Under the pieces are notes generated by a model. It saw only the letters and a program-made list of their open reading frames with translations. It searched no databases and was not told the DNA's origin. From Squalus acanthias (Eukaryota): a stretch of DNA of 64,000 bases. The stretch spans positions 142,416,001 to 142,480,000 of the forward strand of contig CM059431.1 of the NCBI GenBank assembly GCA_030390025.1, given 5' to 3'. A program made the position numbers and the translations under genes. This document shows positions 1 through 15,000 of this stretch, one piece after another. Positions within the stretch are counted from its first letter, which is position 1; every line of letters starts with the position of its first letter.

Positions 1-3000
1 CACAGTTTGTCGCTTTGGACCTCCACTTTTTCTAGATTTGGACCTCCACTGTTGCTAGCTTTCGAACTTCAATGTTTCGAGCTTTGGACCTTCACTCTTT
101 CTAGCTTTGGATCTTCACTGTTTCTAGCTTTGGACCTCCACTGTTTCTAGCTTTGGGCCTCCACTGTTTCTAGCTTTGGACATTCACTCTTTCTAGCTTT
201 GGACCTTCACAGTTTCTAGCTTTGGACCACCACTGTTTGTTGCTTTGGAGCTCCATTGTATCTAGCTGTGGACCTCCACTGTTTCTAGCTTTGGACCTTC
301 AGAGTTTCTAGCTTTGGACCTCCACTGTTTCTAGCTTTGGACCTTCACTGTTTCTAGCTTTGGACCTTCACTGTCTCTAGCTTTGGACCGCCACTGTTTC
401 TAGCTTTGGACCTTCACTCTGTCTATCTTTGGACCACCACTGTTTCTCGATTTGGACCTTCACTGTTTCTAGCTTTGGACCTTCACTGTTTCTAGATTTG
501 GACCTCCACTTTTTCTAGCTTTGGACCTTCACAGTTTCTAGCTTTGGACCTCCACTCTTTCTAGCTTTGGAACTTCACAATTTCTAGCTTTGGACCTTCA
601 CAGTTTCTAGCTTTGGATCTCCACGGTTTCTAGCTTTGGACCTCCACTGTTTCTAGCTTTGGAACTCCTCTCTTTCTAGCTTTGGACTTTCACAGTTTCT
701 AGCTTTGAACCTCCACTCTTTCTAGCTTTGGACCTTCACAGTTTCTAGCTGTGCATCTACTCTGTTTCTAGCTTTGGATCTCCACTGTTTCTAGATTTGG
801 ACCTTCACAGTTTCTGGGTTTGGACCTTCACAGTTTCTAGCTTTGAATCTCCACCGTTTCTAGCTTTGGACCTTCACAGTTTCTAGCTTTGGACCTTCAC
901 AGTTTCTAGCTTTGTACCTTCGCAGTTTCTAGCTTTGGACCTTCACTGTTTCTAGCTTTAGAACTTCACAGTTTCAGCTTTGGACCTTCGCAGTTTCTAA
1001 CTTTGGACCTCCACTCTTTCCAGCTTTGGACCTTCACTGTTTCTCGCTTTGGACCTTCACTCTTTCGAGCTTTGGAACTTCACAGTTTCTAGCTTTGGAC
1101 CTTCACTCTTTGTAGCTTTGGACCTTCACAGTTTCTAGCTTTGGACCTTCACTCTTTCTAGCTTTGGAACTCCACTGTTTCTAGCTTTGGAACTTCACTC
1201 TTTCTAGCTTTGGACTTCCACTCTTTCTAGCTTTGGAACTTCACTGTTTCTAGCTTTGGACCTTCACATTTTCTAGCTTTGGACCTCCACTGTTTCTGGC
1301 TTTCAACCTTCACTGTTTCCAGCTTTGGTCGTTCAGATTTTCTAACTTTGAACCTCCACTGTTTCTAGCTTTGGACCTTCACAGTTTCTGGCTTTCGACC
1401 TTCACAGTTTCTAGCTTTGGACCTCCACTGTTTCTAGCTTTGTTCCTCCACTGTTTTTAGCTATGGACCTTTGCAGTTTCCACCTTTGGACCTCCACTGT
1501 TTCTAGCTTTGGACCTCCACTGTTTCTAGCTTTGGACGCTCACTGTTTCTAGCTTTGGATCTTCCCAGTTTCTAGCTTTGGACCTCCACTGTTTCTAGCT
1601 TTGTTCCTCCACTGTTTTTAGCTATGGACATTCACTGTTACTATCTTTGGATCTTCGCAGTTTCTAGCTTTGGACCTCCACTCTTTCTAGCTTTGGACCT
1701 TCACAGTTTCTAGCTTTGAACCTCCAATGTTTCTAGCTTTGGACCTTCACAGTTTCTGGCTTTGGATCTTCACAGTTTCTAGCTTTGGACCTCCACTGTT
1801 TCTAGCTTTGGTCCTTCACTGTTTCTAGCTTTGGACCTTTACAGTTTCTAGCTTTGGACCTCCACTGTTTCTAGCTTTGGACCTCCACTGTTTCTAGCTT
1901 TGGACGCTCACTGTTTCTAGCTTTGGATCTTCTCAGTTTCTAGCTTTGGACCTCCACTGTTTCTAGCTTTGGACCTCCACTGTTTCTAGCTTTGGACCAC
2001 CACTGTTTCCAGCGTTGGACCTTCACTGTTTCTAGTTTTGGACCTTCACTGTTTCTAGCTTTGGACCTCCACCGTTTCTAGCTTTGGACCTTCATTGTTT
2101 CCAGCGTTGGAACTTCACTGTATCTAGCTTTGGACCTTCACTGTTTCTAGCTTTGGACCTCTACTGTTTCTAGCTTTGGACCTTCATTGTTTCCAGCGTT
2201 GGAACTTCACTGTTTCTAGCTTTGGGCCTTCACTGTTTCTGGCTTTGGACCTCCACTATATCTTGCTTTGGACCTTCATTGTTTCTAGCTTTGGACCTTC
2301 ACAGTTTCTAGTTTTGGTACGCCACTGTTTCTAGCTTTGGACCTTCACTGTTTCTAGCTTTGGATCTTCACAGTTTCTAGCTTAGGACCTCCACTGTTTC
2401 TAGCTTTGGACCTTCAATGTTTCTAGCTTTGGATCTTCACAGTTTCTAGCTTAGGACCTCCACTGTTTCTAGCTTTGGACCTTCACTGTTTCTAGCTGGG
2501 GACCTTCACTGTTTCTAGCTTTGGACTTTCACTGTTTCTAGCTTTGGAGCTTCACATTTTCTAAATTTGGGTCTTCGCAGTTTCTAGCTAAGGAACTTCA
2601 CAGTTTCTAGCTTTGGACCTTCACACTTTCTATCTTTGGAACTTCACAGTTTCTAGCTTTGGACCTTCACTCTTTCTAGCTTTGGACCTCCACTGTTTCT
2701 AGCTTTGGACCTTCACACTTTGTAGCTTTGGACCTCCACTGTTTCTAGCTTTGGACCTTCACTGTTTCTAGCTTTGGACCTTCACATTTTCTAGATTTGG
2801 AACTTCACAGTTTCTTACTTTGGATCTCCACTTTTTCTAGCTTTGGACCTCCACTGTTTCTAGCTTTGGACCACCACTCTTTCTAGCTTTGGACCTTCAC
2901 AGTTTGTCGCTTTGGACCTCCACTTTTTCTAGATTTGGACCTCCACTGTTGCTAGCTTTCGAACTTCACAGTTTCGAGCTTTGGACCTTCACTCTTTCTA

Positions 3001-6000
3001 GCTTTGGATCTTCACTGTTTCTAGCTTTGGACCTCCACTGTTTCTAGCTTTGGGCCTTCACTGTTTCTAGCTTTGGACCTTCACAGATTCTAGCTTTGGA
3101 CCTCCACTGTTTCTAGCTTTGGACCTCCACTGTTTCTAGCTTTGGACATTCACTCTTTCTAGCTTTGGACCTTCACAGTTTCTAGCTTTGGACCACCACT
3201 GTTTCTTGCTTTGGAGCTCCACTGTATCTAGCTTTGGCCCTCCACTGTTTCTAGCTTTGGACCTTCAGAGTTTCTAGCTTTGGACCTCCACTGTTTCTAG
3301 CTTTGGACCTTCACTGTTTCTAGCTTTGGACCTTCACTGTCTCTAGCTTTGGACCTCCACTGTTTCTAGCTTTGGAGCTTCACTCTTTCTAGCTTTGGAC
3401 CACCACTGTTTCTCGATTTGGACCTTCACTGTTTCTAGCTTTGGACCTTTACTGTTTCTAGATTTGGAACTCCACTTTTTCTAGCTTTGGACCTTCACAG
3501 TTTCTAACTTTGGACCTCCACTCTTTCTAGCTTTGGAACTTCACAATTTCTAGCTTTGGACCTTCACAGTTTCTAGCTTTGGATCTCCACTGTTTCTAGC
3601 TTTGGACCTCCACTGTTTCTAGCTTTGGAACTCCTCTCTTTCTAGCTTTGGACTTTCACAGTTTCTAGCTTTCAACCTCCACTCTTTCTAGCTTTGGACC
3701 TTCACAGTTTCTAGTTGTGCATCTACACTGTTTTTAGCTTTGGATCTCCACTGTTTCTAGCTTTGGACCTTCACAGTTTCTGGGTTTGGACCTTCACAGT
3801 TTCTAGCTTTGAATCTCCACTGTTTCGAGCTTTGTACCTTCGCAGTTTCTAGCTTTGGACCTTCACTGTTTCTAGCTTTAGAACTTCACAGTTTCAGCTT
3901 TGGACCTTCGCAGTTTCTAGCTTTGGTCCTCCACTCTTTCCAGCTTTGGACCTTCACTGTTTCTCGCTTTGGACCTTCACTCTTTCGAGCTTTATACTTC
4001 ACAGTTTCTAGCTTTGGACCTTCACTCTTTGTAGCTTTGGACCTTCACAGTTTCTAGCTTTGGACCTTCACTCTTTCCAGCTTTGGACCTTCACATTTTC
4101 TAGCTTTGGACCTCCACTGTTTCTAGCTTTGGACCTTCACAGTTTCTAGCTTTGGACCTTCACAGTTTCTAGCTTTGGACCTCCACTGTTTCTAGCTTTG
4201 TTCCTCCACTGTTTTTAGCTATGGACATTCACTGTTACTATCTTTGGATCTTCGCAGTTTCTAGCTTTGGACCTCCTCTCTTTCTAGCTTTGGACTTCCA
4301 CTAATTCTAGCTTTGGACCACCACTGTTTCTAGCTTTGGACCTTCACTGTTTCCAGCTTTGGACCTTCACTGTTTCTAGCTTTGTACCTTCACTGTTTCT
4401 AGCTTTGGACCTCCACTGTTGCTAGCTTTGGACCTTCACTATTTCTAGCTTTGGACGTCCACTGTTTCTAGCTTTGGACCTTCACACTTTGTAGCTTTGG
4501 ACCTCCACTGTTTCTAGCTTTGGACCTTCACTGTTTCTAGCTTTGGACCTTCACATTTTCTAGATTTGGAACTTCACAGTTTCTTACTTTGGATCTCCAC
4601 TTTTTCTAGCTTTGGACCTCCACTGTTTCTAGCTTTGGACCACCACTCTTTCTAGCTTTGGACCTTCACAGTTTGTTGCTTTGGACCTCCACTTTTTCTA
4701 GATTTGGACCTCCACTGTTGCTAGCTTTCGAACTTCACAGTTTCGAGCTTTGGACCTTCACTCTTTCTAGCTTTGGATCTTCACTGTTTCTAGCTTTGGA
4801 CCTCCACTGTTTCTAGCTTTGGGCCTTCACTGTTTCTAGCTTTGGACCTTCACAGATTCTAGCTTTGGACCTCCACAGTTTCTAGCTTTGGACCTCCACT
4901 GTTTCTAGCTTTGGACATTCACTCTTTCTAGCTTTGGACCTTCACAGTTTCTAGCTTTGGACCACCACTGTTTCTTGCTTTGGAGCTCCACTGTATCTAG
5001 CTTTCGACCTCCAATGTTTCTAGCTTTGGACCTTCACTGTTTCTAGCTTTGGACCTTTACTGTTTCTAGATTTGGACCTCCACTTTTTCTAGCTTTGGAC
5101 CTTCACAGTTTCTAACTTTGGACCTCCACTCTTTCTAGCTTTGGAACTTCACAATTTCTAGCTTTGGACCTTCACAGTTTCAAGCTTTGGATCTCCACTG
5201 CTTCTAGCTTTGGACCTCCACTGTTTCTAGCTTTGGAACTCCTCTCTTTCTAGCTTTGGACTTTCACAGTTTCTAGCTTTGAACCTCCACTCTTTCTAGC
5301 TTTGGACCTTCACAGTTTCTAGTTGTGCATCTACACTGTTTCTAGCTTTGGACCTCCACTGTTTCTAGCTTTGGTCCTTCACAGTTTCTGGGTTTGGACC
5401 TTCACAGTTTCTAGCTTTGAATCTCCACTGTTTCTAGCTTTGGATCTTCACAGTTTCTAGCTTTGGACCTTCACAGTTTCTAGCTTTGTACCTTCGCAGT
5501 TTCTAGCTTTAGAACTTCACAGTTTCAGCTTTGGACCTTCGCAGTTTCTAGCTTTGGACCTCCACTCTTTCCAGCTTTGGACCTTCACTGTTTCTCGCTT
5601 TGGACCTTCACTCTTTCGAGCTTTGGAACTTCACAGTTTCTAGCTTTGGACCTTCACTCTTTGTAGCTTTGGACCTTCACAGTTTCTAGCTTTGGACCTT
5701 CACTCTTTCTAGCTTTGGACCTCCACTGTTTCTAGCTTTGGAACTTCACTCTTTCTAGCTTTGGACTTCCACTCTTTCTAGCTTTGGAACTTCACTGTTT
5801 CTAGCTTTGGACCTTCACATTTTCTAGCTTTGGACCTCCACTGTTTCTAGCTTTCAACCTTCACTGTTTCTAGCTTTGGTCGTTCAGATTTTCTAACTTT
5901 GAACCTCCACTGTTTCTAGCTTTGGACCTTCACAGTTTCTAGCTTTGAACCTTCACAGTTTCTAGCTTTGGACCTCCACTGTTTCTAGCTTTGTTCCTCC

Positions 6001-9000
6001 ACTGTTTTTAGCTATGGACATTCACTGTTACTATCTTTGGATCTTCGCAGTTTCTAGCTTTGGACCTCCACTCTTTCTAGCTTTGGACTTCCACTAATTC
6101 TAGCTTTGGACCACCACTGTTTCTAACTTTGGACCTTCACTGTTTCTAGCTTTGGACCTTCACTGTTTCTAGCTTTGTACCTTCACTGTTTCTAGCTATG
6201 GACCTCCACTGTTTCTAGCTTTGGACCTTCAATATTTCCAGCTTTGTAGCTCCACTGTTTCTAGCTTTGGAGCTCCACTGTTTCTAGCTTTGGACCTTCA
6301 CTGTTTCTAGCTTTGGACCTTCACTGTTTCTAGCTTTGTACCTTCACTGTTTCTAGCTTTGGACCTCCACTGTTTCTAGCTTTGGACCTTCACTATTTCC
6401 AGCTTTGTAGCTCCACTGTTTGTAGCTTTGGAGCTCCACTGTTTCTGGCTTTGGACCTCCACTGTTTCTAGCTTTGGTCCACCACAGTTTCTAGCTTTGG
6501 ATCTCCACTGTTTCTAGCTTTGGATCTCCACTGTTTCCAGCTTTGGAGCTCCTCTGTTTTTAGCTTTGGTCCACCACAGTTTCTAGCTTTGGATCTCCAC
6601 TGTTTCTAGCTTTGCATCTCCACTGTTTCTAGCTTTGTACCTTCACAGTTTCTAGCTTCGGACCTCCACTGTTTCTAGCTTTGGACCTTCTGTCTTTCTA
6701 GCTTTAGACCTCCACTGTTTCTAGCATTGGACCTTCACTGTTTCAAGCTTTGGATCTCTACTGTTTCTAGCTTTGGGCCTCCACTGTTTCTAGCTTTGTC
6801 CTTCACACTTTCTAGCTTTGGACCTTCACTGTTTCTACCTTTGGATCTCCTCTCTTTCTAGTTTTGGACCTTCACTCTTTCTTGCTTTGGAACTTCACTG
6901 TTTCTAGCTTTGGATCTTCAAAGTTTCTAGCTTTGAACCTCCACTGTTTCTAGCTTTGGACCTTCACTGTTTCTAGCTTTGGACCTTTACAGTTTCTAGC
7001 TTTGGAACTTCGCTGTTTCTAGCTTTGGACCACCACTGTTTCTTGCTTTGGACCTTCACTGTTTCTAAATTTGAACCTTCACTTTTTCTAGCTTTGGACC
7101 TTTACAGTTTCTAGCTTTGGACCTTCAAAGTTTCTAGCTTTGGACCATCACAGTTCTAGTTTTGGACCTCCACTCTTTCTAGCTTTGGACCTTCACAGTT
7201 TCTAGATTAGGACCTTCGCAGTTTCTAGCTTTGGACCTCCACTCTCTTCCAGCTTTGGCCTTTGCTGTTTTACCTTTGTACTTCACAGTTTCTAGCTTTG
7301 GAACTTCACTCTTTCTTGCTTTGGAACTTCACTGTTCTAGCTTTGGACCTTCACATTTTCTAGCTTTGGACCTCCACTGTTTCTAGCTTTCAACATTCAC
7401 TGTTTCTAGCTTTGGTCCTTCAGAGTTTCTAACTTTGAACCTCCACTGTTTCTGGCTTTGGACCTTCACAGTTTCTAGCTTTGGACCTTCACAGTTTCTA
7501 GCTTCGGACCTCCACTGTTTCTAGCTTTGGATCTCCACTGTTTCTAGCTTTGGACCTTCAGTCTTTCTCGCTTTGGACCTCCACTGTTTCTAGCATTGGA
7601 CCTTCACTGTTTCAAGCTTTGGATCTCCACTGTTTCTAGCTTTGGACCTTCAGTCTTTCTCGCTTTGGACCTCCACTGTTTCTAGCTTTGGACCACCACT
7701 GTTTCGAGCACTGGATCTCCATTTTTTCTATCATTGGACATTCACTCTTTCTAGCTTTGGATCTGCACTGTTTCTAGCTTTGTCCTTCACACTTTCTAGC
7801 TTTGGACCTTCACTGTTTCTACCTTTGGATCTCCACTGTTTCTTGCTTTGGATCTCCTCTCTTTCTAGTTTTGGACCTTCACTCTTTTTTGCTTTGGAAC
7901 TTCACTGTTTCTAGCTTTGGATCTTCAAAGTTTCTAGCTTTGAACCTCCACTGTTTCTAGCTTTGGACCTTCACAGTTTCTAGCTTTGTATCTCCACAGT
8001 TTCTAGCTTTGGACCTCCACTGTTTCTAGCTTTGGACCTTCACTGTTTCTAGCTTTGGATCTTTACAGTTTCTAGCTTTGGACCTCCACTGTTTCTAGCT
8101 TAGGACCTCCACTGTTTCTAGCTTTGGACCTTCATTGTTTCTAGCTTTGGAACTTCACTGTTTCTAGCTTTGGACCACCACTGTTTCTTGCTTTGGACCT
8201 TCACTCTTTCTAGATTTGGACCTTCACTTTTTCTAGCTTTGGACCTCCACTGTTTCTAGCTTTGGACCATCACAGGTTCTAGTTTTGGACCTCCACTGTT
8301 TCTAGCTTTGGACCTTCACTGTTTCTAGCTTTGGATCTCCACTGTTTCTAGCTTTGGACCTCCACTCTTTCTAGCTTTGGACCTTCACAGTTTCTAGATT
8401 TGGATCTCCACTGTTTCTAGCTTTGGACCTCCACTGTTTCTAGCTTTGGAACTCCTCTCTTTCTAGCTTTGGACTTTCACAGTTTCTAGCTTTGAACCTC
8501 CACTCTTTCTAGCTTTGGACCTTCACAGTTTCTAGTTGTGCATCTACACTGTTTCTAGCTTTGGATCTCCACTGTTTCTAGCTTTGGACCTTCACAGTTT
8601 CTGGGTTTGGACCTTCACAGTTTCTAGCTTTGAATCTCCACTGTTTCTAGCTTTGGATCTTCACAGTTTCTAGCTTTGGACCTTCACAGTTTCTAGCTTT
8701 GTACCTTCGCAGTTTCTAGCTTTAGAACTTCACAGTTTCAGCTTTGGACCTTCGCAGTTTCTAGCTTTGGACCTCCACTCTTTCCAGCTTTGGACCTTCA
8801 CTGTTTCTCGCTTTGGACCTTCACTCTTTCGAGCTTTGGAACTTCACAGTTTCTAGCTTTGGACCTTCACTCTTTGTAGCTTTGGACCTTCACAGTTTCT
8901 AGCTTTGGACCTTCACTCTTTCTAGCTTTGGACCTCCACTGTTTCTAGCTTTGGAACTTCACTCTTTCTAGCTTTGGACTTCCACTCTTTCTAGCTTTGG

Positions 9001-12000
9001 AACTTCACTGTTTCTAGCTTTGGACCTTCACATTTTCTAGCTTTGGACCTCCACTGTTTCTAGCTTTCAACCTTCACTGTTTCTAGCTTTGGTCGTTCAG
9101 ATTTTCTAACTTTGAACCTCCACTGTTTCTAGCTTTGGACCTTCACAGTTTCTAGCTTTGAACCTTCACAGTTTCTAGCTTTGGACCTCCACTGTTTCTA
9201 GCTTTGTTCCTCCACTGTTTTTAGCTATGGACATTCACTGTTACTATCTTTGGATCTTCGCAGTTTCTAGCTTTGGACCTCCACTCTTTCTAGCTTTGGA
9301 CTTCCACTAATTCTAGCTTTGGACCACCACTGTTTCTAGCTTTGGACCTTCACTGTTTCTAGCTTTGTACCTTCACTGTTTCTAGCTATGGACCTCCACT
9401 GTTTCTAGCTTTGGACCTTCAATATTTCCAGCTTTGTAGCTCCACTGTTTCTAGCTTTGGAGCTCCACTGTTTCTAGCTTTGGACCTTCACTGTTTCTAG
9501 CTTTGGACCTTCACTGTTTCTAGCTTTGTACCTTCACTGTTTCTAGCTTTGGACCTCCACTGTTTCTAGCTTTGGACATTCACTATTTCCAGCTTTGTAG
9601 CTCCACTGTTTCTAGCTTTGGAGCTCCACTGTTTCTGGCTTTGGACCTCCACTGTTTCTAGCTTTGGAGCTCCACTGTTTCTAGCTTTGGTCCACCACAG
9701 TTTCTAGCTTTGGATCTCCACTGTTTCTAGCTTTGGATCTCCACTGTTTCCAGCTTTGGAGCTCCTCTGTTTTTAGCTTTGGTCCACCACAGTTTCTAGC
9801 TTTGGATCTCCACTGTTTCTAGCTTTGCATCTCCACTGTTTCTAGCTTTGTACCTTCACAGTTTCTAGCTTCGGACCTCCACTGTTTCTAGCTTTGGACC
9901 TTCTGTCTTTCTAGCTTTCGACCTCCACTGTTTCTAGCATTGGACCTTCACTGTTTCAAGCTTTGGATCTCTACTGTTTCTAGCTTTGGGCCTCCACTGT
10001 TTCTAGCTTTGTCCTTCACACTTTCTAGCTTTGGACCTTCACTGTTTCTACCTTTGGATCTCCTCTCTTTCTAGTTTTGGACCTTCACTCTTTCTTGCTT
10101 TGGAACTTCACTGTTTCTAGCTTTGGATCTTCAAAGTTTCTAGCTTTGAACCTCCACTGTTTCTAGCTTTGGACCTTCACATTTTCTAGCTTTGGATCTC
10201 CACAGTTTCTAGCTTTGGACCTCCACTGTTTCTAGCTTTGGACCTTCACTGTTTCTAGCTTTGGACCTTTACAGTTTCTAGCTTTGGAACTTCGCTGTTT
10301 CTAGCTTTGGACCACCACTGTTTCTTGCTTTGGACCTTCACTGTTTCTAAATTTGAACCTTCACTTTTTCTAGCTTTGGACCTTTACAGTTTCTAGCTTT
10401 GGACCTTCAAAGTTTCTAGCTTTGGACCATCACAGTTTCTAGTTTTGGACCTCCACTCTTTCTAGCTTTGGACCTTCACAGTTTCTAGCTTTGTACCTTC
10501 GCAGTTTCTAGCTTTAGAACTTCACAGTTTCAGCTTTGGACCTTCGCAGTTTCTAGCTTTGGACCTCCACTCTTTCCAGCTTTGGACCTTCACTGTTTCT
10601 CGCTTTGGACCTTCACTCTTTCGAGCTTTGGAACTTCACAGTTTCTAGCTTTGGACCTTCACTCTTTGTAGCTTTGGACCTTCACAGTTTCTAGCTTTGG
10701 ACCTTCACTCTTTCTAGCTTTGGACCTCCACTGTTTCTAGCTTTGGAACTTCACTCTTTCTAGCTTTGGACTTCCACTCTTTCTAGCTTTGGAACTTCAC
10801 TGTTTCTAGCTTTGGACCTTCACATTTTCTAGCTTTGGACCTCCACTGTTTCTAGCTTTCAACCTTCACTGTTTCTAGCTTTGGTCGTTCAGATTTTCTA
10901 ACTTTGAACCTCCACTGTTTCTAGCTTTGGACCTTCACAGTTTCTAGCTTTGAACCTTCACAGTTTCTAGCTTTGGACCTCCACTGTTTCTAGCTTTGTT
11001 CCTCCACTGTTTTTAGCTATGGACATTCACTGTTACTATCTTTGGATCTTCGCAGTTTCTAGCTTTGGACCTCCACTCTTTCTAGCTTTGGACTTCCACT
11101 AATTCTAGCTTTGGACCACCACTGTTTCTAGCTTTGGACCTTCACTGTTTCTAGCTTTGGACCTTCACTGTTTCTAGCTTTGTACCTTCACTGTTTCTAG
11201 CTATGGACCTCCACTGTTTCTAGCTTTGGACCTTCAATATTTCCAGCTTTGTAGCTCCACTGTTTCTAGCTTTGGAGCTCCACTGTTTCTAGCTTTGGAC
11301 CTTCACTGTTTCTAGCTTTGGACCTTCACTGTTTCTAGCTTTGTACCTTCACTGTTTCTAGCTTTGGACCTCCACTGTTTCTAGCTTTGGACCTTCACTA
11401 TTTCCAGCTTTGTAGCTCCACTGTTTCTAGCTTTGGAGCTCCACTGTTTCTGGCTTTGGACCTCCACTGTTTCTAGCTTTGGAGCTCCACTGTTTCTAGC
11501 TTTGGTCCACCACAGTTTCTAGCTTTGGATCTCCAATGTTTCTAGCTTTGGATCTCCACTGTTTCCAGCTTTGGAGCTCCTCTGTTTTTAGCTTTGGTCC
11601 ACCACAGTTTCTAGCTTTGGATCTCCACTGTTTCTAGCTTTGCATCTCCACTGTTTCTAGCTTTGTACCTTCACAGTTTCTAGCTTCGGACCTCCACTGT
11701 TTCTAGCTTTGGACCTTCTGTCTTTCTAGCTTTAGACCTCCACTGTTTCTAGCATTGGACCTTCACTGTTTCAAGCTTTGGATCTCTACTGTTTCTAGCT
11801 TTGGGCCTCCACTGTTTCTAGCTTTGTCCTTCACACTTTCTAGCTTTGGACCTTCACTGTTTCTACCTTTGGATCTCCTCTCTTTCTAGTTTTGGACCTT
11901 CACTCTTTCTTGCTTTGGAACTTCACTGTTTCTAGCTTTGGATCTTCAAAGTTTCTAGCTTTGAACCTCCACTGTTTCTAGCTTTGGACCTTCACATTTT

Positions 12001-15000
12001 CTAGCTTTGGATCTCCACAGTTTCTAGCTTTGGACCTCCACTGTTTCTAGCTTTGGACCTTCACTGTTTCTAGCTTTGGACCTTTACAGTTTCTAGCTTT
12101 GGAACTTCGCTGTTTCTAGCTTTGGACCACCACTGTTTCTTGCTTTGGACCTTCACTGTTTCTAAATTTGAACCTTCACTTTTTCTAGCTTTGGACCTTT
12201 ACAGTTTCTAGCTTTGGACCTTCAAAGTTTCTAGCTTTGGACCATCACAGTTTCTAGTTTTGGACCTCCACTCTTTCTAGCTTTGGACCTTCACAGTTTC
12301 TAGATTAGGACCTTCGCAGTTTCTAGCTTTGGACCTCCACTCTTTCCAGCTTTGGACCTTTGCTGTTTCTACCTTTGTAACTTCACAGTTTCTAGCTTTG
12401 GAACTTCACTCTTTCTTGCTTTGGAACTTCACTGTTTCTAGCTTTGGACCTTCACATTTTCTAGCTTTGGACCTCCACTGTTTCTAGCTTTCAACATTCA
12501 CTGTTTCTAGCTTTGGTCCTTCAGACTTTCTAACTTTGAACCTCCACTGTTTCTGGCTTTGGACCTTCACAGTTTCTAGCTTTGGACCTTCACAGTTTCT
12601 AGCTTTGGAGCTCCACTGTTTCTAGCTTTGGTCCACCACAATTTCGAGCTTTGGATCTCCACTGTTTCTAGCTTTGGATCTCCACTTTTTCTAGCTTTGT
12701 ACCTTCACAGTTTCTAGCTTCGGACCTCCACTGTTTCTAGCTTTGGATCTCCACTGTTTCTAGCTTTGGACCTTCAGTCTTTCTCGCTTTGGACCTCCAC
12801 TGTTTCTAGCATTGGACCTTCACTGTTTCAAGCTTTGGATCTCCACTGTTTCTAGCTTTGGACCTTCAGTCTTTCTCGCTTTGGACCTCCACTGTTTCTA
12901 GCTTTGGACCACCACTGTTTCGAGCACTGGATCTCCATTTTTTCTATCATTGGACATTCACTCTTTCTAGCTTTGGATCTGCACTGTTTCTAGCTTTGTC
13001 CTTCACATTTTCTAGCTTTGGACCTTCACTGTTTCTACCTTTGGATCTCCACTGTTTCTTGCTTTGGATCTCCTCTCTTTCTAGTTTTGGACCTTCACTC
13101 TTTTTTGCTTTGGAACTTCACTGTTTCTAGCTTTGGATCTTCAAAGTTTCTAGCTTTGAACCTCCACTGTTTCTAGCTTTGGACCTTCACAGTTTCTAGC
13201 TTTGTATCTCCACAGTTTCTAGCTTTGGACCTCCACTGTTTCTAGCTTTGGACCTTCACTGTTTCTAGCTTTGGATCTTTACAGTTTCTAGCTTTGGACC
13301 TCCACTGTTTCTAGCTTAGGACCTCCACTGTTTCTAGCTTTGGACCTTCATTGTTTCTAGCTTTGGAACTTCACTGTTTCTAGCTTTGGACCACCACTGT
13401 TTCTTGCTTTGGACCTTCACTCTTTCTAGATTTGGACCTTCACTTTTTCTAGCTTTGGACCTCCACTGTTTCTAGCTTTGGACCATCACAGGTTCTAGTT
13501 TTGGACCTCCACTGTTTCTAGCTTTCAACCTTCACTGTTTCTAGCTTTGGTCGTTCAGATTTTCTAACTTTGAACCTCCACTGTTTCTAGCTTTGGACCT
13601 TCACAGTTTCTAGCTTTGAACCTTCACAGTTTCTAGCTTTGGACCTCCACTGTTTCTAGCTTTGTTCCTCCACTGTTTTTAGCTATGGACATTCACTGTT
13701 ACTATCTTTGGATCTTCGCAGTTTCTAGCTTTGGACCTCCACTCTTTCTAGCTTTGGACTTCCACTAATTCTAGCTTTGGACCACCACTGTTTCTAGCTT
13801 TGGACCTTCACTGTTTCTAGCTTTGGACCTTCACTGTTTCTAGCTTTGTACCTTCACTGTTTCTAGCTATGGACCTCCACTGTTTCTAGCTTTGGACCTT
13901 CAATATTTCCAGCTTTGTAGCTCCACTGTTTCTAGCTTTGGAGCTCCACTGTTTCTAGCTTTGGACCTTCACTGTTTCTAGCTTTGGACCTTCACTGTTT
14001 CTAGCTTTGTACCTTCACTGTTTCTAGCTTTGGACCTCCACTGTTTCTAGCTTTGGACCTTCACTATTTCCAGCTTTGTAGCTCCACTGTTTCTAGCTTT
14101 GGAGCTCCACTGTTTCTGGCTTTGGACCTCCACTGTTTCTAGCTTTGGAGCTCCACTGTTTCTAGCTTTGGTCCACCACAGTTTCTAGCTTTGGATCTCC
14201 ACTGTTTCTAGCTTTGGATCTCCACTGTTTCCAGCTTTGGAGCTCCTCTGTTTTTAGCTTTGGTCCACCACAGTTTCTAGCTTTGGATCTCCACTGTTTC
14301 TAGCTTTGCATCTCCACTGTTTCTAGCTTTGTACCTTCACAGTTTCTAGCTTCGGACCTCCACTGTTTCTAGCTTTGGACCTTCTGTCTTTCTAGCTTTA
14401 GACCTCCACTGTTTCTAGCATTGGACCTTCACTGTTTCAAGCTTTGGATCTCTACTGTTTCTAGATTTGGGCCTCCACTGTTTCTAGCTTTGTCCTTCAC
14501 ACTTTCTAGCTTTGGACCTTCACTGTTTCTACCTTTGGATCTCCTCTCTTTCTAGTTTTGGACCTTCACTCTTTCTTGCTTTGGAACTTCACTGTTTCTA
14601 GCTTTGGATCTTCAAAGTTTCTAGCTTTGAACCTCCACTGTTTCTAGCTTTGGACCTTCACATTTTCTAGCTTTGGATCTCCACAGTTTCTAGCTTTGGA
14701 CCTCCACTGTTTCTAGCTTTGGACCTTCACTGTTTCTAGCTTTGGAGCTCCACTCTTTCTTGCTTTGGAACTTCACTGTTTCTAGCTTTGGACCTTCACA
14801 TTTTCTAGCTTTGGACCTCCACTGTTTCTAGCTTTGGACCATCACAGGTTCTAGTTTTGGACCTCCACTGTTTCTAGCTTTGGACCTTCACTGTTTCTAG
14901 CTTTGGATCTCCACTGTTTCTAGCTTTGGACCTCCACTCTTTCTAGCTTTGGACCTTCACAGTTTCTAGATTTGGACCTTCGCAGTTTCTAGCTTTGGAC

